Position numbers and translations under genes: made by a program. From contig CAYLQB010000001.1 of assembly GCA_964385745.1 (NCBI GenBank), positions 1-33,874 on the forward strand: a DNA stretch of 33,874 nt. Direction: 5' to 3'. This stretch comes from an uncultured Methanosarcinales archaeon (GTDB lineage Archaea; Nanobdellota; Nanobdellia; Woesearchaeales; WAPY01). Of the stretch, positions 9,080 to 18,404 are shown piece after piece. The stretch's first letter is position 1. The number at the start of each line of letters is the position of its first letter. Below the pieces are notes generated by a model that saw only the letters and a list, made by a program, of their open reading frames with translations, did no database searches and was not told the DNA's origin.

Positions 9080-12000
9080 ATGAGTATAATAAAAAGCTTA
9101 ACATTGGAAGGATTCAAATCATTTGCTAAATACACTCAATTATTCTTCAGTCCAAAATTTAATGTTGTACTCGGTCCAAATGGGAGTGGAAAGTCAAACA
9201 TAACAGAAGCAATCTGCTTCGTTCTCGGCAGGTTAAGCAGTAAAAGCTTAAGGGCGGAACACTCAGCGAGTTTGATTTATAACGGGGGAAAAACAAAACA
9301 ACCTGCCAAGAAGGCAACTGTAAGCATAGTATTTGACAACTCGAAGAAAGTATTTCCAATAGAGGGAGAAGAATTAAAGATTACGAGAACAGTAAAATCA
9401 AACGGTCAGAGTATCTATATGATTAACAATAAAAGAGTTACAAGACAGCAGATCCTTGAGGTCCTGTCATATGCGAGGATAGACCCTGATGGTTACAATA
9501 TTGTTCTACAGGGGGATATTAACAAATTCATTAATATGAGCTCCATAGAGAGGAGAGAAGTTGTTGAAGAAATTGCTGGAATACAAAGTTATGAAGACAA
9601 AAAACAGAAATCCCTAAATGAACTGGAAAGAGTTGATGGGAGGATAAAGGAGGCGGAGATAGTTCTGGCTGAGAGGAAGACGTACCTGAAAGAGTTAAAG
9701 AAACAGTACGACCAGGCCTTAAAGTACAAAAAGATGAAAGAAAACATTGAGAGAAACAAGGCAACCTTCTTATATTTACAAATACAAAAGAAAACCAAAG
9801 AAAAGATGAGTATTGAAAGAGAAATTGAAAACACCAACAAAAACATAAATAAGATTCAAGACAGGATTAAAGAGTACAAAAATCAGGAAGAAGAGTTGAA
9901 GAAAAGAATAAATGAAATCTCAGAAACAATTGAAGAGAGGGGGGAGAAAGAGCAGGTTCAAGTCCAGAAAGAAGTTGAAGAATTAAAAGTAAATATTGCT
10001 AAAGAAGAAACGGACTTAAAGTCAAGCACAAATGAAATTCAGAGAATAATGTCAAGAAAGGAACAGTTAAACAAAGATATTGATGAGATTAATGATAATA
10101 TACAATCACTAAATAATGAAATTAAAGGGCTTGAACAGGAGAAAGAGAGGATAAACAAAGAGAAAGAGGAAGTAGAGAAATCGATAAAAGCATTTGAATC
10201 AGAGCATGACATAAACAAGATTACAGAAATTGAGAAGAACCTTGACAATGTAGAAAAAGAGATTGAAAAAAAGGATGAAGAGATTAAAGGCCTGATTGAG
10301 AAAAAACAGAACCTTCTCAGAGAGAAAGATAAGAAAAGTATAAAAATAGAAAATATAGAGAGCCAGATTCAAAAATTAAAAATTATTGAGAAAGAACACA
10401 AGGAAGAGCTCGATAGCTTAAAGAAGCAGAAACAAGTTTTTAAAGAGACCATTCTGGAATTGAACAAGTCATTGAGTTATGATTCTGAACTTGCGGCAAA
10501 GATAATGGAACTAAAGAAACAAATAAGCAATTTGAGGGAAGAAATAGAGAGAGTTAAGATAAAAACAATAAGGATGGAGGAGAGAATAAGCAGCAATGTC
10601 GCAGTAAAATCAATTTTAAGGAATAAGGATAAATTTGGCAGGATATACGGGATTGTATCCCAGCTTGGAAATGTGAGTGGTGAGCATAGTTTAGCATTAG
10701 ATGTTGCGTCAGGCAACAGAAAAAACAGCATAGTAGTTGACAATGATAAAACTGCAACGAACTGCATAAATTACCTGAAAAAAGAAAAACTCGGAATCGC
10801 AACATTTCTCCCTTTAAATAAAATCAGGAAGACAGAAATAAAGAATGATATAAGGGACTTGTTAAAGGTAAGAGGAGTAATTGGACTTGCGTCTGATTTA
10901 ATCAAGTGCGATACGAAATTTAAGAATGTCTTCTCATATGTATTCGGAGATACGCTCGTTGTGGATGACCTTAATGTCGCAAGAAGAATAGGAATAGGAA
11001 AGGCAAGGATGGTCACCTTAGATGGAGACCTAACCGAGAAAAGTGGAGCAATGCACGGCGGTTACAGAAAAAAGAGTAGAACAAGCTTCCAGGCAGAAAA
11101 TGATATAAAAGAGATGGAATCGCTTGAAAAGAGAGAGAAGGAATTGAGAAAACTTGAATCAGATGAAGAAAAATTGGACAAAGATAGAGAAGAGAATCTA
11201 AAAAAGATAAATGAGCTTAGAAGAAAAAAAGGAGAATTGGAAGGAGACATTATAAAAAGAGAAAAATCCTTACACCTTGATACATCTGATCTGGATGCGA
11301 ACAAGAGAGAGAAGACATTACTGAATGAAGAGATAAAAAAGATAGACAAGGAATTATCAAAAATAGAAGAGCAGGTATCAAGAAGCAATGAATCAATCGT
11401 AAAATTAAAAATCAGCAGGCAGGACTTAAAGAAAGAAATATCAAAATTGAGAAATCCTGTTATCGTTGCTGAACTCAATGCCTTTGAGAAGAAAAAAACT
11501 GAATTCAACAATGAGATTATAAGGTTAGACGAGAAGATTAAGAGCAAGAAGGAAAGAAATGAGAACATAAAAGAGGAGAAAGAAAAAACAGGCAAGATTA
11601 TAAGGCAGATAATTAAAGAAAAAGAAGAATTCGAGAAGAATATAAAAACACTAAAAGAAAAAATAAAAAAAGAAAAAGAGGAATTGGAGAAAAAAGAAAA
11701 ACTGCAGAAAGAATTCTATGCGAAATTCAAAAAACTCTTTGAGGAGAAGAATTCTTTGAATGAAAAATTGCAGAAAGTAACAAACTTAATTCTCAACAAG
11801 AACGATGAAATTAGAAGATTAGAACAAAAGATAAATAATAACTCATTAAAAAAGGCGACAGTTTCCGGAGAACTTGCAGGGTTAGAGAGGGAATTTGAGG
11901 ACTATAAGGAAGTTGAAATCTTAAAAAACAAGGAGGAAGCGGAATTAAAGTATGAAATAAAGAAGTTTGAAAAACTGCTTGAAGAATTTGGAAACATAAA

Positions 12001-12577
12001 CCTGAAAGCCCTTGATACATACGAGGAAGTTCAGAATGAATATAATGATTTAATGAAGAAAAAAGAAAAATTGACAAAAGAAAAAGATGATGTTCTTAAA
12101 TTAATCGATGAGATAGACAAAAAGAAAAAAGAGATTTTCGTAAAAACATTTGAACTTGTCAATGAGCATTTCAAAAGCTTCTTCTTAAAGCTGAGCACAA
12201 AGGGAGAAGCATATTTAAAATTAGAAGACGAGGAACAGCCATTCAATAGTGGTGTCTTGATAAGGGTAAGATTAACAAAGGAGAAATTTCTTGACATAAG
12301 ATCCTTATCAGGCGGAGAAAAAACACTAACCGCACTCGCTTTAATATTCGCAATACAGGAATTCCAACCAGCTTCCTTCTATATTCTGGATGAGGTCGAC
12401 GCCGCCCTGGATAAGAAGAACTCAGAAAAACTTGCTCAATTAATAAGCGAATACTCAAAAAAAGCACAATACATCGTAATAAGCCATAATGATTCTATAA
12501 TCTCATCGGGAGACACTCTATTTGGCGTGTCAATGAATAAAGAAGGAATCAGTAAGTTAATCTCTCTGAAAATATAA
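9080..12577 (+). CDS. smc: SMC chromosome segregation ATPase
   Basis: 1165-aa ORF with Walker A GPNGSGKSN, long coiled-coil arms and a central hinge (GRIYGIVSQLG...IATFLPLNKI). Signature motif LSGGEKTLTALALIFAIQ and Walker B FYILDEVDAALD are present. Confidence 0.95.
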   Translation: MSIIKSLTLEGFKSFAKYTQLFFSPKFNVVLGPNGSGKSNITEAICFVLGRLSSKSLRAEHSASLIYNGGKTKQPAKKATVSIVFDNSKKVFPIEGEELKITRTVKSNGQSIYMINNKRVTRQQILEVLSYARIDPDGYNIVLQGDINKFINMSSIERREVVEEIAGIQSYEDKKQKSLNELERVDGRIKEAEIVLAERKTYLKELKKQYDQALKYKKMKENIERNKATFLYLQIQKKTKEKMSIEREIENTNKNINKIQDRIKEYKNQEEELKKRINEISETIEERGEKEQVQVQKEVEELKVNIAKEETDLKSSTNEIQRIMSRKEQLNKDIDEINDNIQSLNNEIKGLEQEKERINKEKEEVEKSIKAFESEHDINKITEIEKNLDNVEKEIEKKDEEIKGLIEKKQNLLREKDKKSIKIENIESQIQKLKIIEKEHKEELDSLKKQKQVFKETILELNKSLSYDSELAAKIMELKKQISNLREEIERVKIKTIRMEERISSNVAVKSILRNKDKFGRIYGIVSQLGNVSGEHSLALDVASGNRKNSIVVDNDKTATNCINYLKKEKLGIATFLPLNKIRKTEIKNDIRDLLKVRGVIGLASDLIKCDTKFKNVFSYVFGDTLVVDDLNVARRIGIGKARMVTLDGDLTEKSGAMHGGYRKKSRTSFQAENDIKEMESLEKREKELRKLESDEEKLDKDREENLKKINELRRKKGELEGDIIKREKSLHLDTSDLDANKREKTLLNEEIKKIDKELSKIEEQVSRSNESIVKLKISRQDLKKEISKLRNPVIVAELNAFEKKKTEFNNEIIRLDEKIKSKKERNENIKEEKEKTGKIIRQIIKEKEEFEKNIKTLKEKIKKEKEELEKKEKLQKEFYAKFKKLFEEKNSLNEKLQKVTNLILNKNDEIRRLEQKINNNSLKKATVSGELAGLEREFEDYKEVEILKNKEEAELKYEIKKFEKLLEEFGNINLKALDTYEEVQNEYNDLMKKKEKLTKEKDDVLKLIDEIDKKKKEIFVKTFELVNEHFKSFFLKLSTKGEAYLKLEDEEQPFNSGVLIRVRLTKEKFLDIRSLSGGEKTLTALALIFAIQEFQPASFYILDEVDAALDKKNSEKLAQLISEYSKKAQYIVISHNDSIISSGDTLFGVSMNKEGISKLISLKI

Positions 12578-12653
12578 TAAAAGTGCAACACCAACAGAGA
12601 TAGGATTTAATTATTCTTTGTAGGCCTTATAAAAATAAATGATAAACCCCTCT

Positions 12654-13808
12654 TTATAAACTATTCAAAACCTTTCTAATTTCTTTAACCGTCCTATTAA
12701 AATCGTAATACCTTAAAATCGTTTTTCTTGCATTAAGAGACAATCTTTTGAGCTTGTCATGCTTTATTATTTCTCTAAGTTTTACAGCAAGCCCAACGTA
12801 ATCTTTTTGTTTAAAAAAGAAACCGTTAAAATTGCTCTTCACATAATTTTTCAAACAGCCCACAGGAGTAACTAAAACAGGAACACCACAACTCATCGCT
12901 TCCATAGTGGATAATGAAGAGGTCTCTGTCAGGGTGGGCAAAACATAAATATTCATAACATTCAGATAAGGAACAGCATTATTAACAGAACCCACGAATT
13001 TAACATTCTTCTTTCTCTTAAATTTATCCTCCAATTCTTTAACTCCAGAACCGACAACAAGAAGAACAGTATTCTTCAGTTTCAACATTGAGAATGCCCT
13101 TAAGAGAGTTAAAGGATCTTTTTCACGGGCAATTCGTGAGCAATAACCTATTACAAAACTGTCCTTTGGAATGTGAAGCTTCTTCCTAATTTTTCTTTTA
13201 GCTTTGCTGCTAAATGGCCTGAATTTATGAGTATTAATTCCCATATGAACAATAATTTTATCTCTCTCCACACCGACTTTTTCAAGCAGATTAGCAACTT
13301 CAAACGACGGGACAAGCAGGACCAAAGCACTGTTATAAACCAAGAGTATAAAGAACTTAATAAAAAGAGAAGTCAATGTTTTGGGTAATCCCTTCAAACC
13401 CAAACTATCAACTACAAGTTCATACTCAAGAGAATGGACATAAGCTATTCTCCTAACATTAAAGAACCTGGCGCTCATCATAGCCATTGTGCCAATAGGC
13501 CCTATATCCTGAACCCATACAATATCCGCTTTCTTAACCTCTCTGTTGATAACAGATATCTTTGGTTTAGAAAAATAATAATCTGTAACCCTTCTTTTTG
13601 AAAGTGAAAACCTGATTATCCTAACACCACTAAACGCCCTTTTAAATTCTTTGATGTCACCGAAGTCAGGAGCAAGAATAGTAATATCAAAATCACTCTT
13701 GAGTTTTGGAACTGCCTCCAACAAAAACCTCGATATACCATCCCATCTAGGCAAAAAATTATCCGTAGCAATCAGAATCTTCCTTTTTATTTTCTTAATT
13801 ATTATCAC
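12654..13808 (-). CDS. GT-B fold glycosyltransferase, family 4-like
   Basis: 384-aa ORF. N-terminal KILIATDNFLPRWDGISRF. C-terminal E-x7-E region is PTLTETSSLSTMEAMSCGVPVLVTPVG. GTG start. Confidence 0.8.
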   Translation of the reverse strand: MIIIKKIKRKILIATDNFLPRWDGISRFLLEAVPKLKSDFDITILAPDFGDIKEFKRAFSGVRIIRFSLSKRRVTDYYFSKPKISVINREVKKADIVWVQDIGPIGTMAMMSARFFNVRRIAYVHSLEYELVVDSLGLKGLPKTLTSLFIKFFILLVYNSALVLLVPSFEVANLLEKVGVERDKIIVHMGINTHKFRPFSSKAKRKIRKKLHIPKDSFVIGYCSRIAREKDPLTLLRAFSMLKLKNTVLLVVGSGVKELEDKFKRKKNVKFVGSVNNAVPYLNVMNIYVLPTLTETSSLSTMEAMSCGVPVLVTPVGCLKNYVKSNFNGFFFKQKDYVGLAVKLREIIKHDKLKRLSLNARKTILRYYDFNRTVKEIRKVLNSL

Positions 13809-13879
13809 CTGCTCATTTCATTGAAGCCCTTATTTTTAATTTTTAATGGGTCTATTTATTACTAAGGGACCGCATATAT

Positions 13880-14539
13880 TTATTTTATCCTATAAAACAC
13901 TTCTGCAAACCTTTTTCTTATTTTTGAACCATTCAAAAAAGCCCTCACATAAACACTCCAATACAGAGATATCATTGTTGATTTTTGACTTCTAAAACAC
14001 TTTAAGGCCTTTAATTTAATATTGAAAAAAGGCGTTATATCAACAAACAATTTTGGATAATTCCTCTTCTTAATTGATATGGGACTCCATAAGTTATCAA
14101 AACAATAAAGTTGTGGTTTTTCTTTCATTTTCAAAGAAGAATAAACATCCAGGAGAAGTTTAACAGTCGCAACATGGTCAGGATGCCAGTCGTCAAGGGA
14201 GTGAGTGAGAATCATATAAGGTCTAAACTTCTTAATCAAAGTTTTTAAGCGTTCTTTCACACCCCTCTTTTCAGCACAGCTTGCGAAAGAACCCTCCTTT
14301 AAACCAAAGAAAAAGGACTTGTAAATACCCACTACCTTATCAGCTTCACGGGCCTCCTTAACCCTCATCTTAATAATAATTTTTTTCCTAAGCCAGGGAT
14401 GACTCTCCTCACCATAAGACATAATGATTGAAAAGATTCTCTTACCCTGCGCTGAATACTTGGCTATGGTACCTCCTGCACCAAATACCTGATCATCAGG
14501 ATGGGCTCCAACGACAAAGATATTGTTCCTGTTAAGCAT
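13880..14539 (-). CDS. PIG-L/LmbE family N-acetylglucosaminyl deacetylase
   Basis: 219-aa ORF with the zinc-site motifs VVGAHPDDQVFGAGGTI and WHPDH. Confidence 0.85.
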   Translation of the reverse strand: MLNRNNIFVVGAHPDDQVFGAGGTIAKYSAQGKRIFSIIMSYGEESHPWLRKKIIIKMRVKEAREADKVVGIYKSFFFGLKEGSFASCAEKRGVKERLKTLIKKFRPYMILTHSLDDWHPDHVATVKLLLDVYSSLKMKEKPQLYCFDNLWSPISIKKRNYPKLFVDITPFFNIKLKALKCFRSQKSTMISLYWSVYVRAFLNGSKIRKRFAEVFYRIK

Positions 14540-14699
14540 ATTAATATAATACTTACTTGAATTAAAAAGTTTTTGTTTTACCTAAAGCAGGGGATAAGAT
14601 AAGTAAAAGGGACAGGATAAATTAAACAAGATAATGTTCCTAATATCATTGATTTTACTTTACATCCGGTTTTCTATTCTCTAAATGTTATTGGAAAAC

Positions 14700-14707
14700 T
14701 TTATAAA
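14700..14707 (+). promoter_or_regulatory. Candidate TATA box (TTTATAAA) for tRNA-Phe
   Basis: The octamer ends 28 nt before the mature tRNA 5' end (14736) and is preceded by an A-rich BRE-like GGAAAAC. Confidence 0.5.
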
Positions 14708-14735
14708 GAAAAACTAAATCCTTTTTTGTGGTATT

Positions 14736-14846
14736 GGGTCGGTAGCTCAGTGGGAGAGCACCACGCTGAAGCCGTGGGCGTCCGGGGTTCAAATTGGAAA
14801 CTATAATACCAAATTTTTAGTTTCAATGAAAGTCCCCGCCGACCCA
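14736..14846 (+). tRNA. tRNA-Phe (anticodon GAA) interrupted by a ~39-nt intron in the T-loop
   Basis: Hand-folded cloverleaf.
- Acceptor stem: GGGTCGG/CCGACCC, discriminator A.
- D arm: GCTC-AGTGGGA-GAGC.
- Anticodon arm: CCACG-CTGAAGC-CGTGG, with GAA at 14768-14770.
- Variable region: GCGTC.
- T stem: CGGGG (14783-14787) pairs with CCCCG (14834-14838).
- T loop: TTCAAAT, followed by 39 nt (14795-14833) that are not part of the tRNA.
No CCA is encoded, and a T-run follows. Confidence 0.85.
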
Positions 14847-14958
14847 TTTTCTTCTTTTAGTTTAGGTTATGAGCATAGTTGGTATGCTTCTTGGATGTCT
14901 TCCACTATTTTTGGTAAGGAGAATAATTGGTTTGTATTACTCTATAAAATAAGTATAG

Positions 14959-15292
14959 AAGTGAATATCCTCCTCAAACACCTTTTACCAGACATAAGAA
15001 AACCTGAACAGTTTTCTTTGCACAAAAACTAAAGAGTTTTTTGTGTTTTCTATGAAAATCTTAAGATGCTACTCATGTTAAGGCACGGAAGGTTCGGAGG
15101 ATTTCACAAAGTGAATATCCTCCTCAAACACCTTTTACCAGACATAAGAAAACCTGAACAGTTTTCTTTGCACAAAAACTAAAGAGTTTTTTGTGTTTTC
15201 TATGAAAATCTTAAGATGCTACTCATGTTAAGGCACGGAAGGTTCGGAGGATTTCACAAAGTGAATATCCTCCTCAAACACCTTTTACCAGA
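14959..15292. repeat. Tandem direct repeat, 150-bp unit, 2 perfect copies plus a partial third
   Basis: Block 14961-15110 is identical base for base to 15111-15260 by direct comparison. The first 32 nt recur at 15261-15292. The following TTTTCTGTGAAAATCTGAATGA resembles the unit-internal TTTTCTATGAAAATCTTAAGATG, so copy 3 looks like a deleted, diverged copy. Confidence 0.95.
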
Positions 15293-15465
15293 TTTTCTGT
15301 GAAAATCTGAATGACATCAACTCCCGACCATTTATTCCTCCTTCGTTTATAACCTCATATTTTAGTAGAACCAGAGAACAACTTAATAACCAGGAGTTAA
15401 GAACAAGCCAAGTTATTGTTATTATCTGAAGTTTGAAGTTAATAAACAATATCAAAACAAAAAAT

Positions 15466-15473
15466 TTTATAAA
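15466..15473 (+). promoter_or_regulatory. Candidate TATA box (TTTATAAA) for glyS
   Basis: The octamer ends 21 nt before ATG 15495, giving leaderless-type spacing. Confidence 0.45.
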
Positions 15474-15494
15474 GAATCATACTTAACTTAAGGT

Positions 15495-17036
15495 ATGGAA
15501 AAAATAAGCAACGCCGGGGATAAGACCAAGAATATAAAAATTAGTGATATCATCTCTTTCTGTAAAAAAAAAGGATTTGTTTTCCAAAGCTCTGAAATCT
15601 ATGGGGGCTTCGCGGGATTTTTTGATTATGGACCTTTAGGTGTAGAATTAAAGAACAAAATTAAGCAGGTATGGTGGAAAAAACATGTCAACCAGAGAGA
15701 AGATATTGTTGGAATTGACGGCTCGATAATTCTTAACCCAAAGGTTTGGGTTGCGTCTGGACACACAACAAAATTCTCTGACATTCTTGTCGAGTGCAAA
15801 AAATGCCATCAAAGATTTAGAGCTGACCAATTAATTGAGGAAAAAACAAAAAAGAATGTTGAGGGGCTTCCTGTTGAGGAACTGTCTAAATTAATCAAAG
15901 AGTATAAAATTAAATGCCCAAACTGCGGAGGCGAACTCTCAGAACCAAGAAAATTTAACATTATGTTCAAAACATATGTTGGTCCGACAGAATCGGAAGA
16001 GAACACTGCTTATTTAAGACCTGAAACAGCTCAAGTCATATTCACTGAATTTAAGAATGTACTTGATGTCTCACGTAAGAAACTTCCCTTTGGCATTGCA
16101 CAGATTGGAAAATCATTCAGAAATGAGATAAGCCCAAGGAATTTTCTCTTTAGAGCGAGGGAATTTGAGCAGGCAGAGATTGAATATTTTATAAGAGAAA
16201 AAGACATTAATAACTGCCCTTATTTTAATGAATTTGAGAATTATAGAATAAACATATTAAGCGATGACATGCAGAACAAAAATGAGAAAGAGAAGATGAT
16301 GAGTTTAAGAGAGGCGTTTGATAAGAAGATTATAAATAACGAATGGCAGGCGTTTTGGATTGGCTTTGAGCATAGTTTCCTCACCTCCTTAGGTCTAAGA
16401 CCTGAACATCTGAGAGCAAGGCAGCATTTGAGTACTGAGAGGGCTCACTACTCCCTTGACACATGGGATTTAGAATTCAAATTTCCTTTTGGCTGGAAAG
16501 AAATTGAGGGCATAGCGAATAGAACAACCTATGACATGAACAAACATATCAAATCCTCAAAAAAGGACTTAAGATATTACGATGAGGAAACAAAAGAAAA
16601 AATTGTCCCTTATGTTGTCGCTGAGCCGAGTCTTGGAATAGGGAGATTATTTTTAGCCATACTCTTCGAGGCATACAAGTATGACGAAAAGAGAGGCAAT
16701 ATTGTTTTGACATTAAAACCGGAGTTGGCTCCAATTGAGGTCGCTGTCTTTCCACTGTTATCAAACAAAAGAGAGTTACTAAGTTATGCCAAAAAAATCT
16801 TTAAAACGCTGAGTGAGGAGTTTAACTGTGTATTCGACAAATCAGGTTCGATAGGAAGAAGATACGCGAGACAGGATGAAGTAGGCACTCCTTACTGTAT
16901 AACAATTGACTTCGATTCCCTGAAAGATAAGGATTTCACATTAAGATTCAGGGACAGCACAAAACAGATTAGAGTCAGTGAATCAGAACTATTAAACAGG
17001 ATAAGGAATTTAATTAAGGAGGAAAAAACAGATTAG
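15495..17036 (+). CDS. glyS: Glycyl-tRNA synthetase, archaeal/eukaryotic dimeric class II type
   Basis: 513-aa ORF. N-terminal GFVFQSSEIYGGFAGFFDYGPLGVELKN. Class II motifs FRNEISPRNFLFRAREFEQAEIEYF and GIGRLFLAIL. C-terminal anticodon-binding domain contains GRRYARQDEVGTPYCITID. Confidence 0.95.
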   Translation: MEKISNAGDKTKNIKISDIISFCKKKGFVFQSSEIYGGFAGFFDYGPLGVELKNKIKQVWWKKHVNQREDIVGIDGSIILNPKVWVASGHTTKFSDILVECKKCHQRFRADQLIEEKTKKNVEGLPVEELSKLIKEYKIKCPNCGGELSEPRKFNIMFKTYVGPTESEENTAYLRPETAQVIFTEFKNVLDVSRKKLPFGIAQIGKSFRNEISPRNFLFRAREFEQAEIEYFIREKDINNCPYFNEFENYRINILSDDMQNKNEKEKMMSLREAFDKKIINNEWQAFWIGFEHSFLTSLGLRPEHLRARQHLSTERAHYSLDTWDLEFKFPFGWKEIEGIANRTTYDMNKHIKSSKKDLRYYDEETKEKIVPYVVAEPSLGIGRLFLAILFEAYKYDEKRGNIVLTLKPELAPIEVAVFPLLSNKRELLSYAKKIFKTLSEEFNCVFDKSGSIGRRYARQDEVGTPYCITIDFDSLKDKDFTLRFRDSTKQIRVSESELLNRIRNLIKEEKTD

Positions 17037-17105
17037 ATAATCTTAATTTATAAACAAATAATAAATGATAACAGAGTAACATCAGGATGACAGAGAAGAT
17101 GATTC

Positions 17106-18359
17106 TTATTTCCTCAACCACTCAATCTCATCATCTGAAAGATTGAGTTCTTCAATTATTTGTTTTTGCCACTGCTTATTTTTGAACATAAACTTAAGAT
17201 AATACACGTACTGCTTTGACTGATTGAATGATGAATGCTGTTTCGATGCGAGCTTTTTTGCAATAGAATTCTTTTTTGCCAGTTTATTTTTGTAAATCCA
17301 GATTTTCAGAGGCCTACCTGGTGCTTTATAATTTATTAATGATTTATTCACCTTATTTTTCGCAGATGAGATTCCATATGTTAACATAATATTTATAGGA
17401 CTTAAAAATCGCCAGTACTGCCTCCTTCTAATTCTAGCCCTTAACAAATCAGCAAAAGACAGAAGATTGTATGCATTATTTAATGACTCTCCAGAATATT
17501 CAAGCGGGAGGTTCTCATCAATCCACAAAAACTCAGTGTTAATATCAAAGTTATTAATTTGCATCGCATCAGTGGGGTTAGCTGTTTTGAATATTCTAAA
17601 CAAAAATTTTTTTATTGACAATTGCTTATTCCTATAATCAAGAAGTTTAATCCCTTTATCATTCAGCATATTAGCATAAGCAAGAACCTGAAAATCATTT
17701 ATGGCTGCCCTCGCATCTCCTGATTCCAACCGTGCTATTCTCATCATTGCAGAATCATCAACTGATATCTTTTCTGACTTCGCAATCCTCTTTAAAATAT
17801 GGAACACTACATCTGAATCTAAAGGTCTTATTTTTATAAGATTGGAAAGCTTCTTTAAAGAAGCAAACTTTGAGGCCCAGGGAACCTGTGAGGGAGCATC
17901 TAAAAAATTTGCTGTTATAATTATTGGATATCTCGTTTTGTTTACCAACTTCGCTATCTCCGACAAACCGCCGCGGTCTTTTGTTCCTGAGATTCCTTCA
18001 AGCTCATCTATTAGTATGAGTTTTCCTTTTTTGAATAATGACATTTGACTAAGAGCATTTCCTATAATATTAGACACTTGATTCTTGTTTCTAAAATCAG
18101 AAGCATTTAATTCAACAAGTTCAAGTCCAAAATCATTCGCAAGTGCGTAAGCGAGGGAGGTCTTCCCGGAGCCACTGGGACCAAAAAGAAGAACTGCTTT
18201 TTTTCTCTTTTTTAGAAATTTCTTAAAATTAAGAATATATTCCTTTAAAAAAGCGACTGCTTCGTCTTGATTAACAAAGTCAGACAACTTGTCAGGTCTG
18301 TACTTATCAATCCATGGAAGCATCTTATCTGATGCCCTGATTGCCTTCGCCATAGCCAT
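17106..18359 (-). CDS. rfcL: Replication factor C large subunit
   Basis: PWIDKYRPDKLSDFVNQDEAV (RFC box II), Walker A GPSGSGKTSLAYALA and Walker B LILIDELEG. The six-frame ORF extends to 18434, but those extra 25 codons overlap rnp4 and lie upstream of the TATA element. ATG 18359 or 18353 (MAMAKAIR...) is preferred. Confidence 0.85.
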   Translation of the reverse strand: MAMAKAIRASDKMLPWIDKYRPDKLSDFVNQDEAVAFLKEYILNFKKFLKKRKKAVLLFGPSGSGKTSLAYALANDFGLELVELNASDFRNKNQVSNIIGNALSQMSLFKKGKLILIDELEGISGTKDRGGLSEIAKLVNKTRYPIIITANFLDAPSQVPWASKFASLKKLSNLIKIRPLDSDVVFHILKRIAKSEKISVDDSAMMRIARLESGDARAAINDFQVLAYANMLNDKGIKLLDYRNKQLSIKKFLFRIFKTANPTDAMQINNFDINTEFLWIDENLPLEYSGESLNNAYNLLSFADLLRARIRRRQYWRFLSPINIMLTYGISSAKNKVNKSLINYKAPGRPLKIWIYKNKLAKKNSIAKKLASKQHSSFNQSKQYVYYLKFMFKNKQWQKQIIEELNLSDDEIEWLRK

Positions 18360-18374
18360 TAGAAATTTAGTAAT

Positions 18375-18382
18375 TTTTATAA
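18375..18382. promoter_or_regulatory. Shared near-palindromic TATA element (TTTTATAA) between divergent rfcL and rnp4
   Basis: It lies 22 nt upstream of rnp4 ATG 18405. On the other strand it lies 21 nt upstream of rfcL ATG 18353 and 15 nt upstream of ATG 18359. Confidence 0.4.
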
Positions 18383-18404
18383 GCTTAACGATAATAGTCA
18401 TATT

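Noticed and set aside
9159-12467. About a dozen 60-177-aa minus-strand ORFs inside smc
   Set aside because: All are antisense shadows of the Lys/Glu-rich coiled-coil codons and give S/F/L-rich nonsense. The smc identity is unambiguous.
14826-15032. 68-aa plus-strand ORF
   Set aside because: It starts inside the tRNA-Phe 3' exon and runs into the tandem repeat. It has no RBS, and the tRNA plus repeat explain the sequence.
14959-15292. Possible CRISPR array at the repeated region
   Set aside because: The period is 150 bp and the whole unit is identical between copies, so there are no short repeats separated by unique spacers. No cas genes are in the window.
14847-15340. Integrated element at the tRNA, suggested because CCCGACCATTT at 15323-15333 resembles the tRNA 3' end CCGACCCATTTT
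   Set aside because: The match is only about 10 nt with an indel. The enclosed segment is under 500 bp and encodes no integrase. At best it is a remnant att-like scar, and it cannot be supported from this window.
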